From Felis catus (lineage: Eukaryota), in contig NC_058373.1 of NCBI RefSeq assembly GCF_018350175.1, positions 115,756,001-115,820,000 of the forward strand: a DNA stretch of 64,000 nt, read 5' to 3'. The first letter of the stretch is position 1; the number at the start of each line of letters is the position of its first letter. This document shows, one piece after another, positions 13,919-26,163 of the stretch. Made by a program: the position numbers and the translations under genes. Under the pieces are notes generated by a model. That model was not told where the DNA came from. It saw only the letters and a list, made by a program, of their open reading frames with translations, and ran no database searches.

Positions 13919-16269
13919 ATATCTCCTTAGCTCCTCAAGGGAGAAAAGCCATTCTGTACACACAACAGCGATAGACTAGTCCTTGGACTTCAGGCCTGAA
14001 CTTTAAGCCATGTGACAGAGCAATGATGACCAAGATAAACTGCCTTTTCTCTTCATACCAAGGCCAGCTACATGCAAAGTAACTTGGACCAAAGGTCAAT
14101 ATTCAGTTTTGACAAGTCCTTTCTCATTCTGTGGCACAAACCTATTTCTGCCTTCTACGTATCTTGTCAGGCTTTGGGGGAGTAGAGAGGGTACAAATAA
14201 GATAGTAAATGTTGGTAACTGTATGTGCCCTTATCCTTATCTCCTGTTATCAAAGCTAAGCCCCAAACTGGTCATTTAGATTTCTTCCTTTCCTCTTTCC
14301 ATTGTTCTGTTAGAGATGCTATGCTGTTAGAAAAATAAGGACATATTTATTCAATAGCCTCCAGAATAATGTGGAAAAAATATTGTAAAGGTTCACTGAC
14401 AAATGCAACAAGTTTTTGTTGAATGCCAATAGGGCTAGGCGGTTAGATCTACTTTTACTTCATTTGCTATACCTGGTATCAATAGCAAAGCTTAGGAGAG
14501 ATTATCAGCTATTTTAATGGCTTCCTTTACACATTTAATCTCTGGTGATATTCCCTAGGGACTAGGGTTTCATGTCCATGTGTCTTCCATTCCAAGTTGC
14601 AACAGGGCATCTATTTGATCTGAGAAACCGACAGCTGTTCAGATCCAGGCATCATAAGATCAAAGTAGAAAGGAAGCAAAATAAGGTTCATAAGGAAAAT
14701 AATCTTATAAGAACTAACATTTTAGCCTGTGGGTAAAATGCACATATATTCAGGAATAAGAAACTCATACTCAAATCAGCATTGCAAATACAGAATTAAA
14801 CTGGAATTCAATTCAGAAATCTATAAACTAGTAAGAAGGGTCATCCCATTTGCCTGTGATTGGTTAATAAATTTAATGATTACAGTAAATACAAAGTTCT
14901 TTTGTAAATGACTCTGTTAATGATTGTCTTGCATTTGAAAACACACTTCAGCCTCTCCCCCTGAAAAAAGAACATGACAGTATGGAAAACGTTTAGGAAC
15001 AAGACCTAATGTTTGTATAACTTCTTTAGACACAGCAATACTTTCTTTATAATATAGGCTGATATGGTCCCAAGTGCATCAGGTAAGCAGACCAAGTGCT
15101 TTGTAGTATGTGTGTGTATATATAAACGTCAACATCAGGCAAGAGTCTATGGCAGTTAAGAACCTGGTTCCGATCAGAACAGAATTCCTTCAAATACTGT
15201 CCTCCTTCTGATCACAGTTGTCCTTTTGGATGTGAATGCTGGTCTCAAGATCTGCAGACAAAAGAGGAACAGCAAAAGGGGCCTATCCCAGGACAGTAAC
15301 CAAGTCTAAACCCATTATAGGTAAGAGGTTGAAAGCTTCGTAACTTAATCACCTACTTCTAAATGATGTTAGCAAGATACTTTAACATCAAGATCCCCAA
15401 CAAATACTCCCCCCACGATCAGATAATGAGCCATTTCAGCTTAGAGTGACTGTATCTTATCTATGTATCCACCACCTAGTGCACACTAGACGCTCACTTG
15501 TTGAGAGAAACAACTCTCATCCGTCCAAAGATAAATTCTGACTAAAATTGACTAGAGTAAAATCTTTATTGGCTCCACGTGAGATTACATGAATACCACT
15601 CCCCCTCCATACTTGACAGCCTAATGGTTATGTTTTGTTTCTTTACATATTCCGTTTAAATTGTTATTTACACAATAAAAACAATGTCCAACATCAAAAC
15701 ACACACACACTTCTCTAGTTTAAAACTACTGGAATTTGTTTCAGAAGAGCTTGTGTGATTGAATTTGATATTAGAGCTTTCACAGATGATTCTGTGGGAT
15801 CTCCCAGTTTTGCCCAATGGCCTGCAATACCCTTCAGCTGTCAGCTCTTCCCGTCTCTGTTCAAGGCCCAAAGACAGAAGATACAAGTGGACGGAGATAG
15901 AAAGGACATTGTCTATGTTCATGTAGTGGATACATTCAAGTCACAAATATGAGATGGAAAGGGCACTTCTACAATAGACTAAGTCTTTGATCTGACTTAG
16001 TCAGATCTCAGATCTCAGTCAGTTTCTCTCTCTGAGCTTGGATTTTCCCATCTCTAAAATAGATTAATCCTAGAATCTTTCTGGTTCCCTTTTAGCTCTA
16101 ATGTTCTATGATTTGGCTCTAATTTATTTACTAGCTGCACACACTGAATCACTAATAACATTTTGCTGGCCAGTCCTTAGCAAATCAGAAGCCACAGAAT
16201 GCTCCACTTCTCATTCCACATCCACACTTGGGCAGAAGCCCACAGTTCGGCTCTAAAAGGCCCAAGTGA

Positions 16270-16480
16270 GGGGCGCCTGGGTGGCTCAGTCGGTTCAGCG
16301 TCCGACTTCAGCTCAGGTCATGACCTCACAGTCCGTGAGTTTGAGCCCCGCGTCGGGCTCTGTGCTGACAGCTCGGGGCCTGGAGCCTGCTTCAGATTCT
16401 GTGTCTCCCTCTCTCTCTGCCCCTCACCTGCTCATGCTCTGTCTCTGTCTCAAAATAAATAAAAACATTAAAAAAAAAAA
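16270..16480 (+). mobile_element. Can-SINE with TSD, antisense within the putative SYNJ2BP 3'UTR
   Basis: TSD aaaaggcccaagtga at 16255-16269 and 16481-16495. Confidence 0.93.
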
Positions 16481-16594
16481 AAAAGGCCCAAGTGAAATTC
16501 TCATTTTAGACTGGAGCAATGCCTGCATGTGATTTGACTATTCAAGTTATTTAAGAATTTAAATGCCACAGAGCATTGTTTACTGACACTGCAT

Positions 16595-16918
16595 ACTAGA
16601 ATGACCTGATGAACTTTATTTTACTGCTGCCTGAGTCCCACCCCCAGAGATTCTATTGAGTTGGTCTAGGTGCTTCCGGGAACCAGAATTTTATAAGCTC
16701 TCCAGATGATTCTAGCCTAAGAAAAAGAGGACAACTATTGGCATAGAGCAGCGATTCTCAAAGTTCACTGTCAACCAGTCGCCTGGAGGGATTGTTACAA
16801 CACAGATTACTCAGTGCTGTACTGTTTCTGATTCAGCAGGTCTGGGATGAAGCCCAAGAATTTACTTTTCTAACAAGGTCCCCAGTGATGCTGATGTTTT
16901 GACACTTTGATAACCACT
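16595..16918. mobile_element. MER5-family MITEs (MER5B/MER5A-like pair)
   Basis: cccacccccagagattct.. followed by cagcgattctcaaag..tctgattcagcaggtctggg..cactttgataaccactg with terminal-repeat-like ends. Confidence 0.6.
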
Positions 16919-19339
16919 GTGAATAAGAAATATCACTGACAGTGGCATCCAATGTCCTGAGTTAAATCCTGATTCTACCACTACCACCTATGTAATCTTA
17001 GAAAAGTAATTTATTATCTTTCCTTTGGTGTCTTTTTAAACAATACTTAGATCTCAGAGTTGTGAGTCATAAACATACAGTGTACCAATCAGGATTTAGT
17101 ACACTATCTAGCACAAAATATGGTAACAAGTATTAATTTCCTTTTCTACTGTACATGGCTAGATGGTGTGAATAATTAAGTTAAATCAATAGCACAGATT
17201 AAAACTTGGCAGGAAAAAAGAAAACAGAGACAATGGAAGCAAACGATGTCTTATTAAAATTATTCATATAAGATGATAAATACAGAAGTGTTTTAAGTAT
17301 ATGGTCTTAAAATACTTTCATTCAATTTTTAAAACTTGTACATAGTAATTTAGGTAGCAGGAATATTAGACACAATCTATAAAGTGAAAGATCTATATAG
17401 ATCATGAATTTTTTAAATGACCTACAATGGACTTCAATACTTCATCCAGAATAATAGTTTTCTAGAGAATCAGAAAAGTTGAATGGCATACTCGCCTAAA
17501 ACTTGAACCATGGATCTTTTAATGCTATTTAATTCCAGAAAAAAATTATTAAAGTGCATAAGAATCCCTATTATTAGACAAAGCAAAACTTCTACCAACA
17601 AGGGGATAAGTGTCCTATTTATTTTGAATGTCTCAAGGTCCTCTCAAGAGTTGATGTCCAAACCCTGAGATGAGTCCCGGGAGGTAAGCAGGCCCTTTGC
17701 GGAAGCTTCTGCACCAGCCTCCAAACACAGGGCAGGCACCCAGCGTGGTGCCTCCACAGCGGGACTGGTTGAAGTGAGAACTGGAATACCATCTGTGCTC
17801 TCTGTGGGCCCTACAGGTACAGTCGTCTAAGTGAGTCTCAAAGGTACTGAACAGTTCAGGTCTAAGAGCCTAAGTCCTACTGCGATTGTTTAAAGCAAGT
17901 TTCTCCTTAGAGCAATGGTTGGCCCAGAGGAAAGGTCTTACTAAGGTTTTTATTTTTAAAAGCCTTCCCTTTACACTCTGGCCTGATGTCATTATGTGAC
18001 AGCTTTCTTTTTGGAATTCCTGAAAAAAAAAAAAAAAATGTGATGGCTGCCTGCACATCTCTGTTGCTACATCATGTTCTGAGTTTCTTTTTCCATTTAT
18101 TGTTTTCAACTGTTACTTAACCTGATGATATACTTTTAACTTCTCATCTATTTATGAATTGCCTTAATTAGACTGTGAGCTCCTCAAGGGTCCTCAATTT
18201 GTCCCCTTTCTCCAGGGAACTTTCCCAAGTGTTTTGAGTCTCAGGAACTGTTCCCTTTTGCTGTCTGCAGTATAAATTTGACATTCTTTGTAAAAGTGTC
18301 TTAACAAAGCTGGTGTCCAACCAACAAGTGTAAAATATTGACTAGATTATCCGCGCTAAAAGTCGGACACGGCTGGTTGCCTCAGGGCAGGTGTTCACAC
18401 TATTGCTGTCGGGATCACGTAAGGCCTGTAGCTGATAGCCAGTATATCTGGAGGGCGGAAATGATTTCTTTTTAAGCTAGAGAATCTGTCTTGGTTCAGC
18501 TCTCCTTAGTTAGGGCCTTAAAACCAACATTCAGTAGCACATGAACGGACTGGTTCCTATCTCATTAATGTCTTTGGTATTCCTGAGCATCCATTCATCC
18601 ATCTCCTTCTCTCAAGGTCTCCCCATGAAACATCCACCAAACTTCCCTATCCACTAAGATAAAACTCTTTTCTTCCCCTTCCCTGCAAAATGGTTTGTTC
18701 ATTCAAAGCCACAGCCGGTGTTTAGATCCTCTCAAAACTACCTGTGATCCGAACCCTCTCAACTGAGTTGTAAGCAGAGCTGCTTCATGCCTGTCCTGAC
18801 AGAGAGCGGCTCCATCACTCAGAATTTGCCTATTTCTAGAGACCAAAAGTCTGTTAGATGGCCTGAGAGGGTTCAGGTGCCACCTTGGAGGCACCGTCCT
18901 TGTGCCTTTTAGAGTTTTCTCACTGGTTTGGTTTGGCCCCATCACCATAGCCCTGACCACAATCATGCCAGCTGATCCTTTAACAGGACTGTGAGGTACC
19001 AAAAAGGTCCCTAGGGCAGCCCAGAGACCAGTCAGATTTATCTTTACATTTCAAAGGTTGGGGAACAGACTGACTTACGTGAAGCTGGATTATGGCATTT
19101 TACCTCCACTCCACCACAGCCATTGTAAGAAGAAATATTGTTCTAAGATTTCTGATTAGTTGCTTTGGTCTTCTCTTTTTCTTTTTGGGCATCTTTGTAA
19201 GGCTCACTCCCTCAACTTCTGCTATGCATCGCATTCTTCCATTCAGAACATCCCTTACAACAGAAACCTGAAACCACAGAGCCGCTTTCCACTTCTTTAA
19301 TTCTCCACGAGGCATCACTATTATACTGTCATATATGGA

Positions 19340-19347
<8 letters not shown>

Positions 19348-19385
<38 letters not shown>
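19348..19385. repeat. (TG)n microsatellite in the SYNJ2BP 3'UTR
   Basis: About 19 TG units, seen directly. Confidence 0.95.
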
Positions 19386-19386
<1 letters not shown>

Positions 19387-19890
19387 ATTTGCTTTTTTGA
19401 AAAAGCAAAAATGCTCTCCTCACCATCCTGTGTTTGATATAGGCACCCAAGTATGTAGTTAGAAATTAAATAAAGGCCACAAAAACTTCCCAAGGAAGAT
19501 CATTAAGGAGAAAAATCCTCTCTTCTCTTGCAGCACACAGCTGGCCTTTGAGGCGTGCCAGCTAAGGAACAGGTATCACCCGTGCTGATGGGAAGACTGG
19601 ACCTTTCCCTCTTTGGGTTGTAGCTGAACTTCTATTGGTGGTCCTAGCAAAACAGATTAACTCCCCATTTGTTCCAAGCCAAGTCTTGTCTTCAAACAAT
19701 GCCTTCACTCTCCCATTAGAATATAAGGACTTGGAGATTTGGGTGGCGAGGTCCTGGCTAGGTAGCAGTCTCTTAAAATGATGTGTTGGCTACGCAGAGA
19801 GGGAAGGATATGGGAGAATGGCAGGGGAGGAGGGTGAGAGGGAGAGAGAAATGTATCTTCTATTGGGAGCACTGGAAGACAGCAAGCTTT

Positions 19891-20031
19891 TCAAAGTCGT
19901 TGCCGGTATCTCATGAAGGCCCATGCTGCTACCATGGTGAGGGCAAACACTGGCACCAGCACCAGAGCTATGGGGATACCACTCGGCTCCCCTTCACTTC
20001 GATGTCCTATAGGCCCATTCTGCACCTGTAA
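19891..20031 (-). CDS. SYNJ2BP: SYNJ2BP coding exon 4 (C-terminal transmembrane tail anchor)
   Basis: Acceptor ttccttccag|TTA; reads LQVQNGPIGHRSEGEPSGIPIALVLVPVFALTMVAAWAFMRYRQRL*, a hydrophobic helix plus basic tail typical of OMP25. Confidence 0.96.
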   Translation of the reverse strand, partial: LQVQNGPIGHRSEGEPSGIPIALVLVPVFALTMVAAWAFMRYRQRL

Positions 20032-22016
20032 CTGGAAGGAAAAGAAAAACATTACTCTAGTGACCAATGTGTGTTTACCCCAACTGAAATGGCCACGCTG
20101 ACACATGACCCGGGTCCAGACCACCCAAAGCTGTAACCTCCAAGAACTATCTAGCGGGAGCCCTCTCTGTTTGTTCCAGATTGATACATCAGCGTCATCA
20201 ATTCTCTGGAAATAAGTCTGATGGGGAGGTGTTTAACCTTGCTGTGCCACTGGCCTAAAAGGATCCGAAGGTAAGCAGATAACCTCTTTCTGTTTCTGTA
20301 CTGCCTCCACCAAGCTCTATGTCTATCATATTAGGACAATGAAGACATGAGCTGAAGCCTATTGATCCTGTGGGGAAGCTAGAAATTATTGGGCGGGGGC
20401 AGGGAGTGTCGACCTTCCTAGAAATGTTTACTTAGAAAGATTGCCAGTCATCAGAAAACAGTAAGAGCAGATCTGAGCAATGTTAACACAGGTACGGTGC
20501 CATTTTGGGAAATACTTTGCAATTCCCAAAAGGCACCCACTCCCTCCTAATATAGGGTCATGTCCTTCATCTCTACTTTCTAGCACTGGGCACAGTAAAG
20601 ATGAAATTTATATGAAACAGAAGTAAAAGACTCGGAGGGAAATAAGGAAAAAGAAAAAATCATATCCAAGTGGTAAAAACCTTCCACTGCCTAGGCATTC
20701 CCTTTTGAGGCTGGTGGCCTTTCTTAATATTAACTTTTAATAGCTAACTTGCAATTATGAGTCATAATACCATCTTGTTTCAGTTCAATGGTATCGACCT
20801 CCTCATTGCAACCAGTGAAAAGTCTGACCATTCCATCTGAAAGGCAACACCGCACAAACTACCTTTTCTATCCTCTCTCCCACCTACCTCTACATCTTTC
20901 ACTCATTTCCTGTTGAGATTTCCTGAGAAGGCATGCCAATAGTAAGATATGGTTTTTAGGGCTAGGCCAATTCTCTGACCAGAAATTTTATCAGGAGTTA
21001 TTTATGGATGTTTCCTAAAATGTGAACTTTGAAAATCATTTCCCACATGCCTTCAAAAAGCACTAATCATACCTGAAGTGTATACCTGTGTTCGTTACTT
21101 GCCTTTATCTATTGCACAAAGCCTTCCATGCTTTAGGAACAGAAGAGCCAAGGCAGAAACAGCTGATTACCAATACTGTCGCTTATGGATCTGTTTTCGA
21201 ATCCATCACATGCAGATTCTGCTTGCAACCATGGCTGTTTTCTCAAGTGTCTTTCATGCCTAGCCCCTTCCAATTTTGTACTATCTCCTGTTAGGCCCTT
21301 CTTCAGCCTCTGAAGCCTCACTCAAGAGCTGAGTGAGGCAGGACATCATTAATTTAAGAGGGAGTAACTTGAAAGGCACACTGAACCTATGCTGTAAATG
21401 CACTCTGAAGTCCTTGGTGCTATGGAAAGAATTAGGTCTACCTGGCTTCTCCACCCATCATCCAAATTATTAAACACTAGGAACTAAGACGTGGATGCAG
21501 GGATAGGTGCTGCTTTGACGAAACTCCGAAATCCATTTCCTTTTTCCTGGAGTTCCCCTCTGAGCATTATAGCTTTGGTCAACAGTGTCATCAAGATGGT
21601 AAGAAATGGGGTTCATGGTGGTGACAGGGAAAAGCACATAGTGGGTATCAGAAAATTCACCATCTTTCGTTTACACTTTGAGTTTCCTTAATAAGTATGT
21701 TCAAGGGCAGACATAGGCTTCCCTCCCTACTAAAAATAAAACTGATGCTAGTTGTATTTTTCCCCATTTATTTAAATTTTGTTGTCACGCTTTATATTTA
21801 AGGCACGTCACCTTGAAGCCAGGACCTAGGCTGCAGGCATACTGTTTGAATTTCCTTTCATGATAAGCGGAAGTCCCTGCAGACCCCGGCCTGTGCCAGA
21901 CAAGCTCTTTAAAAAAGTGAGAATGGGAGGGGGAAAAAAAAGCCAAACGCACTACCAAAGAGGCTTTATTCCCACAAAAGCCTGGTGCCAGCTCGCTGGC
22001 TGCAAATAACACCTAC

Positions 22017-22112
22017 CCTGTGCTGTACTCTTAGGGACACAGCATAGCCTGCGTTACGAAAGAGGTCTACAGCATCCTGGTGCAGCAAGTTCTTTAGGTC
22101 TTGGCCATTTAC
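22017..22112 (-). CDS. SYNJ2BP: SYNJ2BP coding exon 3 (C-terminal half of the PDZ domain)
   Basis: ttttgacag|GTA...AGG|gtaggt; 96 nt reading VNGQDLKNLLHQDAVDLFRNAGYAVSLRVQHR, phase 0/0. Confidence 0.96.
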
Positions 22113-22789
22113 CTGTCAAAAACAGCAAGAAAAGTAGTAAGAGAGGGAGAATGTGAATTCTCCTAAGTCAAAGATTTACATTCATGTGACTGGACATTTA
22201 AAAAACTACAGAGCAAATTCCAAGGGCTAGGAGAATGGGAATGTTACGTAGAACTCAGAGTAACTTTTGTCATTTTTAAAGCTATGTTTTCCTAGAACTG
22301 AGGTTCCATGGGCCATGTGAAGAGCACCAAGGTTAAAAAAAAAAAAAAAAAGTCTCTCCTTCACCTTAGCTCTTACTGCCTGTCTCATTTTGACACTTGG
22401 GTTTCTGTTACAGTATTTGTGTGTCTTCCATGAGCATCAGCCTGCTTCCCTACAGCCGACATGGTCTTCCGAGTTATCCTCTATCCTTTATATTCCTAAT
22501 CCTTGGCATTGCCAGTGTCAACTCCAGAAATATAACTTGATGAAACTCTACAAATGTAACTCTACGAAACAAACCTACTAGCCCATTTTATTGGTCTTGT
22601 TCAATTGTGAACAATTTCCCTTGATTCCATGAATACTCCCATCCTTCTCCAATTTACTAATTTTACACTATTTCTTTGATGATATAAAGTCCTAAAAAAT
22701 GTTTCAGTGTAGGTCAGTCCTACCACTTAGAGGTGAGAGGTGACCGGTGGTAGTAATACTTTTTAGCGTCAGGAGTGACAGTGTCCACA

Positions 22790-22868
22790 AGTGACATCTA
22801 TCCTGTGCTGTACTCAGTGACACAGCATAGCCCACTCTATGCAAGATTTACACATCTTTGGTACATGT
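22790..22868 (-). pseudogene. Decayed partial duplicate of SYNJ2BP exon 3 (pseudo-exon) in intron 2
   Basis: cctgtgctgtactc--agtgacacagcatagcc aligns with exon 3 cctgtgctgtactcttagggacacagcatagcc; the donor GT has changed to AT. Confidence 0.8.
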
Positions 22869-23159
22869 TGGTGTCCGCAACAGCAACAGCACCAAGAACA
22901 CTTAACGTATTTAGTTGGTAGGTTCTGTGCTGTATGCTTCACATACACTACGTAATGTACTTCTCACAATAATCCTATGAGGTAGACACCATTTTTATCT
23001 TGTCTTCACAATGAAGAAACTCTACCCTAAGTCATAGTAGGTATAGGAGCTAGGGCTAGTGTTTTTAAATACTGGAAGGTTAAAGTGCCCTGGCAATTTA
23101 CGGTTCCTTCTGTGCTATAATTCTTCCACCTTGACTATTCTATTCCACCTTGACTATTC

Positions 23160-23355
23160 TTTTTTTGTTCATTTATTTTGAGAGAGAGAGACAGAGAGAT
23201 AGCACTAGTAGGGGAGGGGTAGAGAGAGAGAGAGGGAGAGAGAGAATCCCAAGCAGGCTCCGTGCTGTCAGCAAGGAGCCTGATGTGAGCCTTGATCCCA
23301 TTAACCATGAGATCATGACCTGAGCTGAAATCAAGAGTTGGACACTTAACCAACT
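23160..23355 (-). mobile_element. 5'-truncated Can-SINE
   Basis: T-tail, (GA)n and gaatcccaagcaggctcc..gagatcatgacctgagctgaa. Confidence 0.85.
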
Positions 23356-26163
23356 ATTCTCTAACTATTGTCAGCTGAAGCTCAAGCCATTGACTTATTC
23401 AAGCCTCTCAACTTGTTACTATCTTCCTTCTCCAAGAGGTTCTCCATACAATCCCCTGCCAATGCCCTTGGTGAATTAATCTAACTAACAACACTTTGGT
23501 GTTACAGACTGTCTACCTTTCCATATTAAGTTTCCTGCTCTATTCCACTTTAGCCACCAACTGGCGTATGCCTTTGACTTCAGCAATGGTCATGCTTCAG
23601 CTCCAATATCTCAAACTCCCGGACCACAATTTATACTCCTTTCACACTTCATATTCCTCTACTCAATGTGCTCATTATCCTCATCAAAATCTTTTAACCT
23701 TTTTAGGCTTTACTTGCATCCTTACCCATCTAGGAGTTCTTGCTGTTATTTCAACAAAGCACTTGGTAAACTATTCGAATCCCTAGCCCCTATGATCTTC
23801 TGCCATCTTTCCAGACCTGTACAACACACTGCATTTACTTTCCTTGTCCTGAGTTTAATGTTCCTGGGGAAAAATACACACACACACTTTCCAGCACAGA
23901 TCCATGCTGGCTGACATTTGCTATATCCTCATGACCTCTCTACTAACCTGGTGAAACCCCTAATGAATTCCCAGCGGCAGCTGTTCCAGACCATTCCTAC
24001 CATCAAACCCCAATTCCAACCCCATCTCTTCTCTCTGCAGATTCCTTTGCCTTATCTTTCTTGAGAATATGGATAACTTTCCACACACTCTCCATTTTCT
24101 TCCCAACTCGTTCCAAGTTTCATGACAGCCTCCCACTGCTGCTTTGCCCTTCTTTCTGAATTAGATGTTTCCTTTACCAAGGCTAAGCTATTCCCTAGTG
24201 CTCTTGGTCATATCCCTTCTAGCCTTCTTATAGAACTTAAGTGGTCCCTTGCTCCTTTTGATTCCTTTATTATTGCTCTTGGCTCCTTCTCAACTAAAAT
24301 TATCCTCATTTACACAGAAAACAATATAAATATTTCTTGAACCCACTATCACCCTCTTCCCATCTTTTCTCCTCTTCCTTTCATTGCAAACTTCGTTTGA
24401 AAGCACTATCCTCCACTTCTTCAGCAGCCATTCACTCTTTATTCCCCGGTACTGTCATAATATAAGGTGGGAGGAAAGCATATGCTGTCCTGCAGCTCAG
24501 CAGTGACTTCCCATTACCAAATCCTACAGCCCTTCCTGTCTTCAGACCTCCTCCCTTTTGCAGTTCTCTCCAATCTCAGCTTATGCATACGTAGCTCTCC
24601 TAGTTCTTGAATGATTCCTTTCCTTGCCTCTTCCCTTCCTTCCTCTTTAAGGCGAGTCAATATTCCTCCATGTCAGTAGTCCTCTGTCTTCTGAACTTCT
24701 CTGCCATGATGACCTTTCACAATTTCACCTGTAATCTGCAACACAACTCCCAAATGTTTATCCTTATTTCTACTTCTGGATTTGCCAGTTTCTTGTTGAG
24801 TGCCTGAACCCAAATATTCTGTTAGATCCCAATCAATATATCCAACGCCTCCTTTTTTACTTCCCACAAAACCAGACTATCCCAACTTCCCTCTTCTTGC
24901 TACTACCATTCCTTCAGACTAAAACTCTGATAATATTTTTAAACTCCACTCTTTGTCAATCTTCACATACAACAGACTATCAAATCCTATAGCCTAACAT
25001 AGTATAATTCCTCATACACGATTTTCTTTGAATTGCCTCTCTCTTTAGGCTGTGGATGCTTTCAGATGAACTATCATGATCACCTTCTCTCTGATTCACT
25101 TTCCTCTAGGCCCTCCCTCACTCTAACCTATTCAAACACTATGTCTCCAGATCAATCCTCCTAAAGTACAATCCTATGTATACCACTTTACTGCTTAAAA
25201 ACAAAAACAAAACTGGAGGCAGGGAGAATGACTGATTTTTCATTCTGGTATGCAAAGTCCTCCAGGAAATGGCTCCAACCCACATTCCCAGTTTAATCTC
25301 ACGTGATTCCTTTTCATAACTGTGCTCTAAGTCACATAACTCACTGTCCCTAGGACATAAAACATGTATTCTTACCTTCATACCTGTGCCCTAGCTATTT
25401 CCACCATCTGAATACACTTCCCTTTTTAAAAATTCTATGTATCTAACAAGATCAGTCCTGCTATCTATAGTGTAGAAGTGAATATAGTTTTCTAGTTGAT
25501 GGACTTTGATTTCATGCTACAAAGCCACTTTCTGATTAGTGTTTTGTTTTGTTTTGTTTTTGGTAGCCATGCCACAGGGAAAGAACTTCAGGAGTCCTAG
25601 AACCATCACAATGAATTCTCAACAACTCAACTTTCCAGTTAATTCCTGGGGGAGAGAATAGGTGTGAGACTGCTGATTATACTGAGAAGGCTCCTGTAAC
25701 TAATCTACCCCATGTGATAACTGTATTTTTCATTGTAAGGAAATAAGTGTTTTCTCTTAGAGACAAATAATGAAGCAGTCATGTCAACAAATGCCAAAGA
25801 TACCAGAGCTCAGTATGAGAGCCAAGTTTCATAGTGACATGAATGCAAGTGGGAGAACTGAGTCACTACATGACATGCGATGGCAGGAGTACTGAGGTCA
25901 AAGTCATCTTTGCAATCACAGCCAACACTAATTGCTAGGAATCACTGCATATTTATCATCATGTCTGGAGAGGTCTCTTCATTTTACATGTACTAACCTA
26001 TTTAGTCTTCGCGATGATCCCATGAGTTAGGAACCCCCCATGTTATAGATGAAAAACTTGAAAGGCTATGCAGCTTGTCCACAGGCATAAAGAATGGAAG
26101 CAGCAAAGCCAGGACTCAAATAGCCTGGCCGCAAAACCTTCACTTTAAAATGCAAAACCATAC

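Larger units (their letters stand above)
14330..19890 (-). other. SYNJ2BP: Probable long 3'UTR of SYNJ2BP; end uncertain (candidate AATAAA at 17618-17623, 15565-15570, 14346-14351)
   Basis: Largely unique sequence continuing from the exon 4 stop, with several minus-strand AATAAA. SYNJ2BP is known to have a multi-kb 3'UTR; the exact cleavage site cannot be determined here. Confidence 0.45.

Noticed and set aside
15976..16007. Palindromes agact-a-agtct and gatctgact-t-agtcagatc
   Set aside because: Short, adjacent to a MIR-like remnant, and the 1-nt loop is unfavourable; likely a local template-switch or duplication scar.
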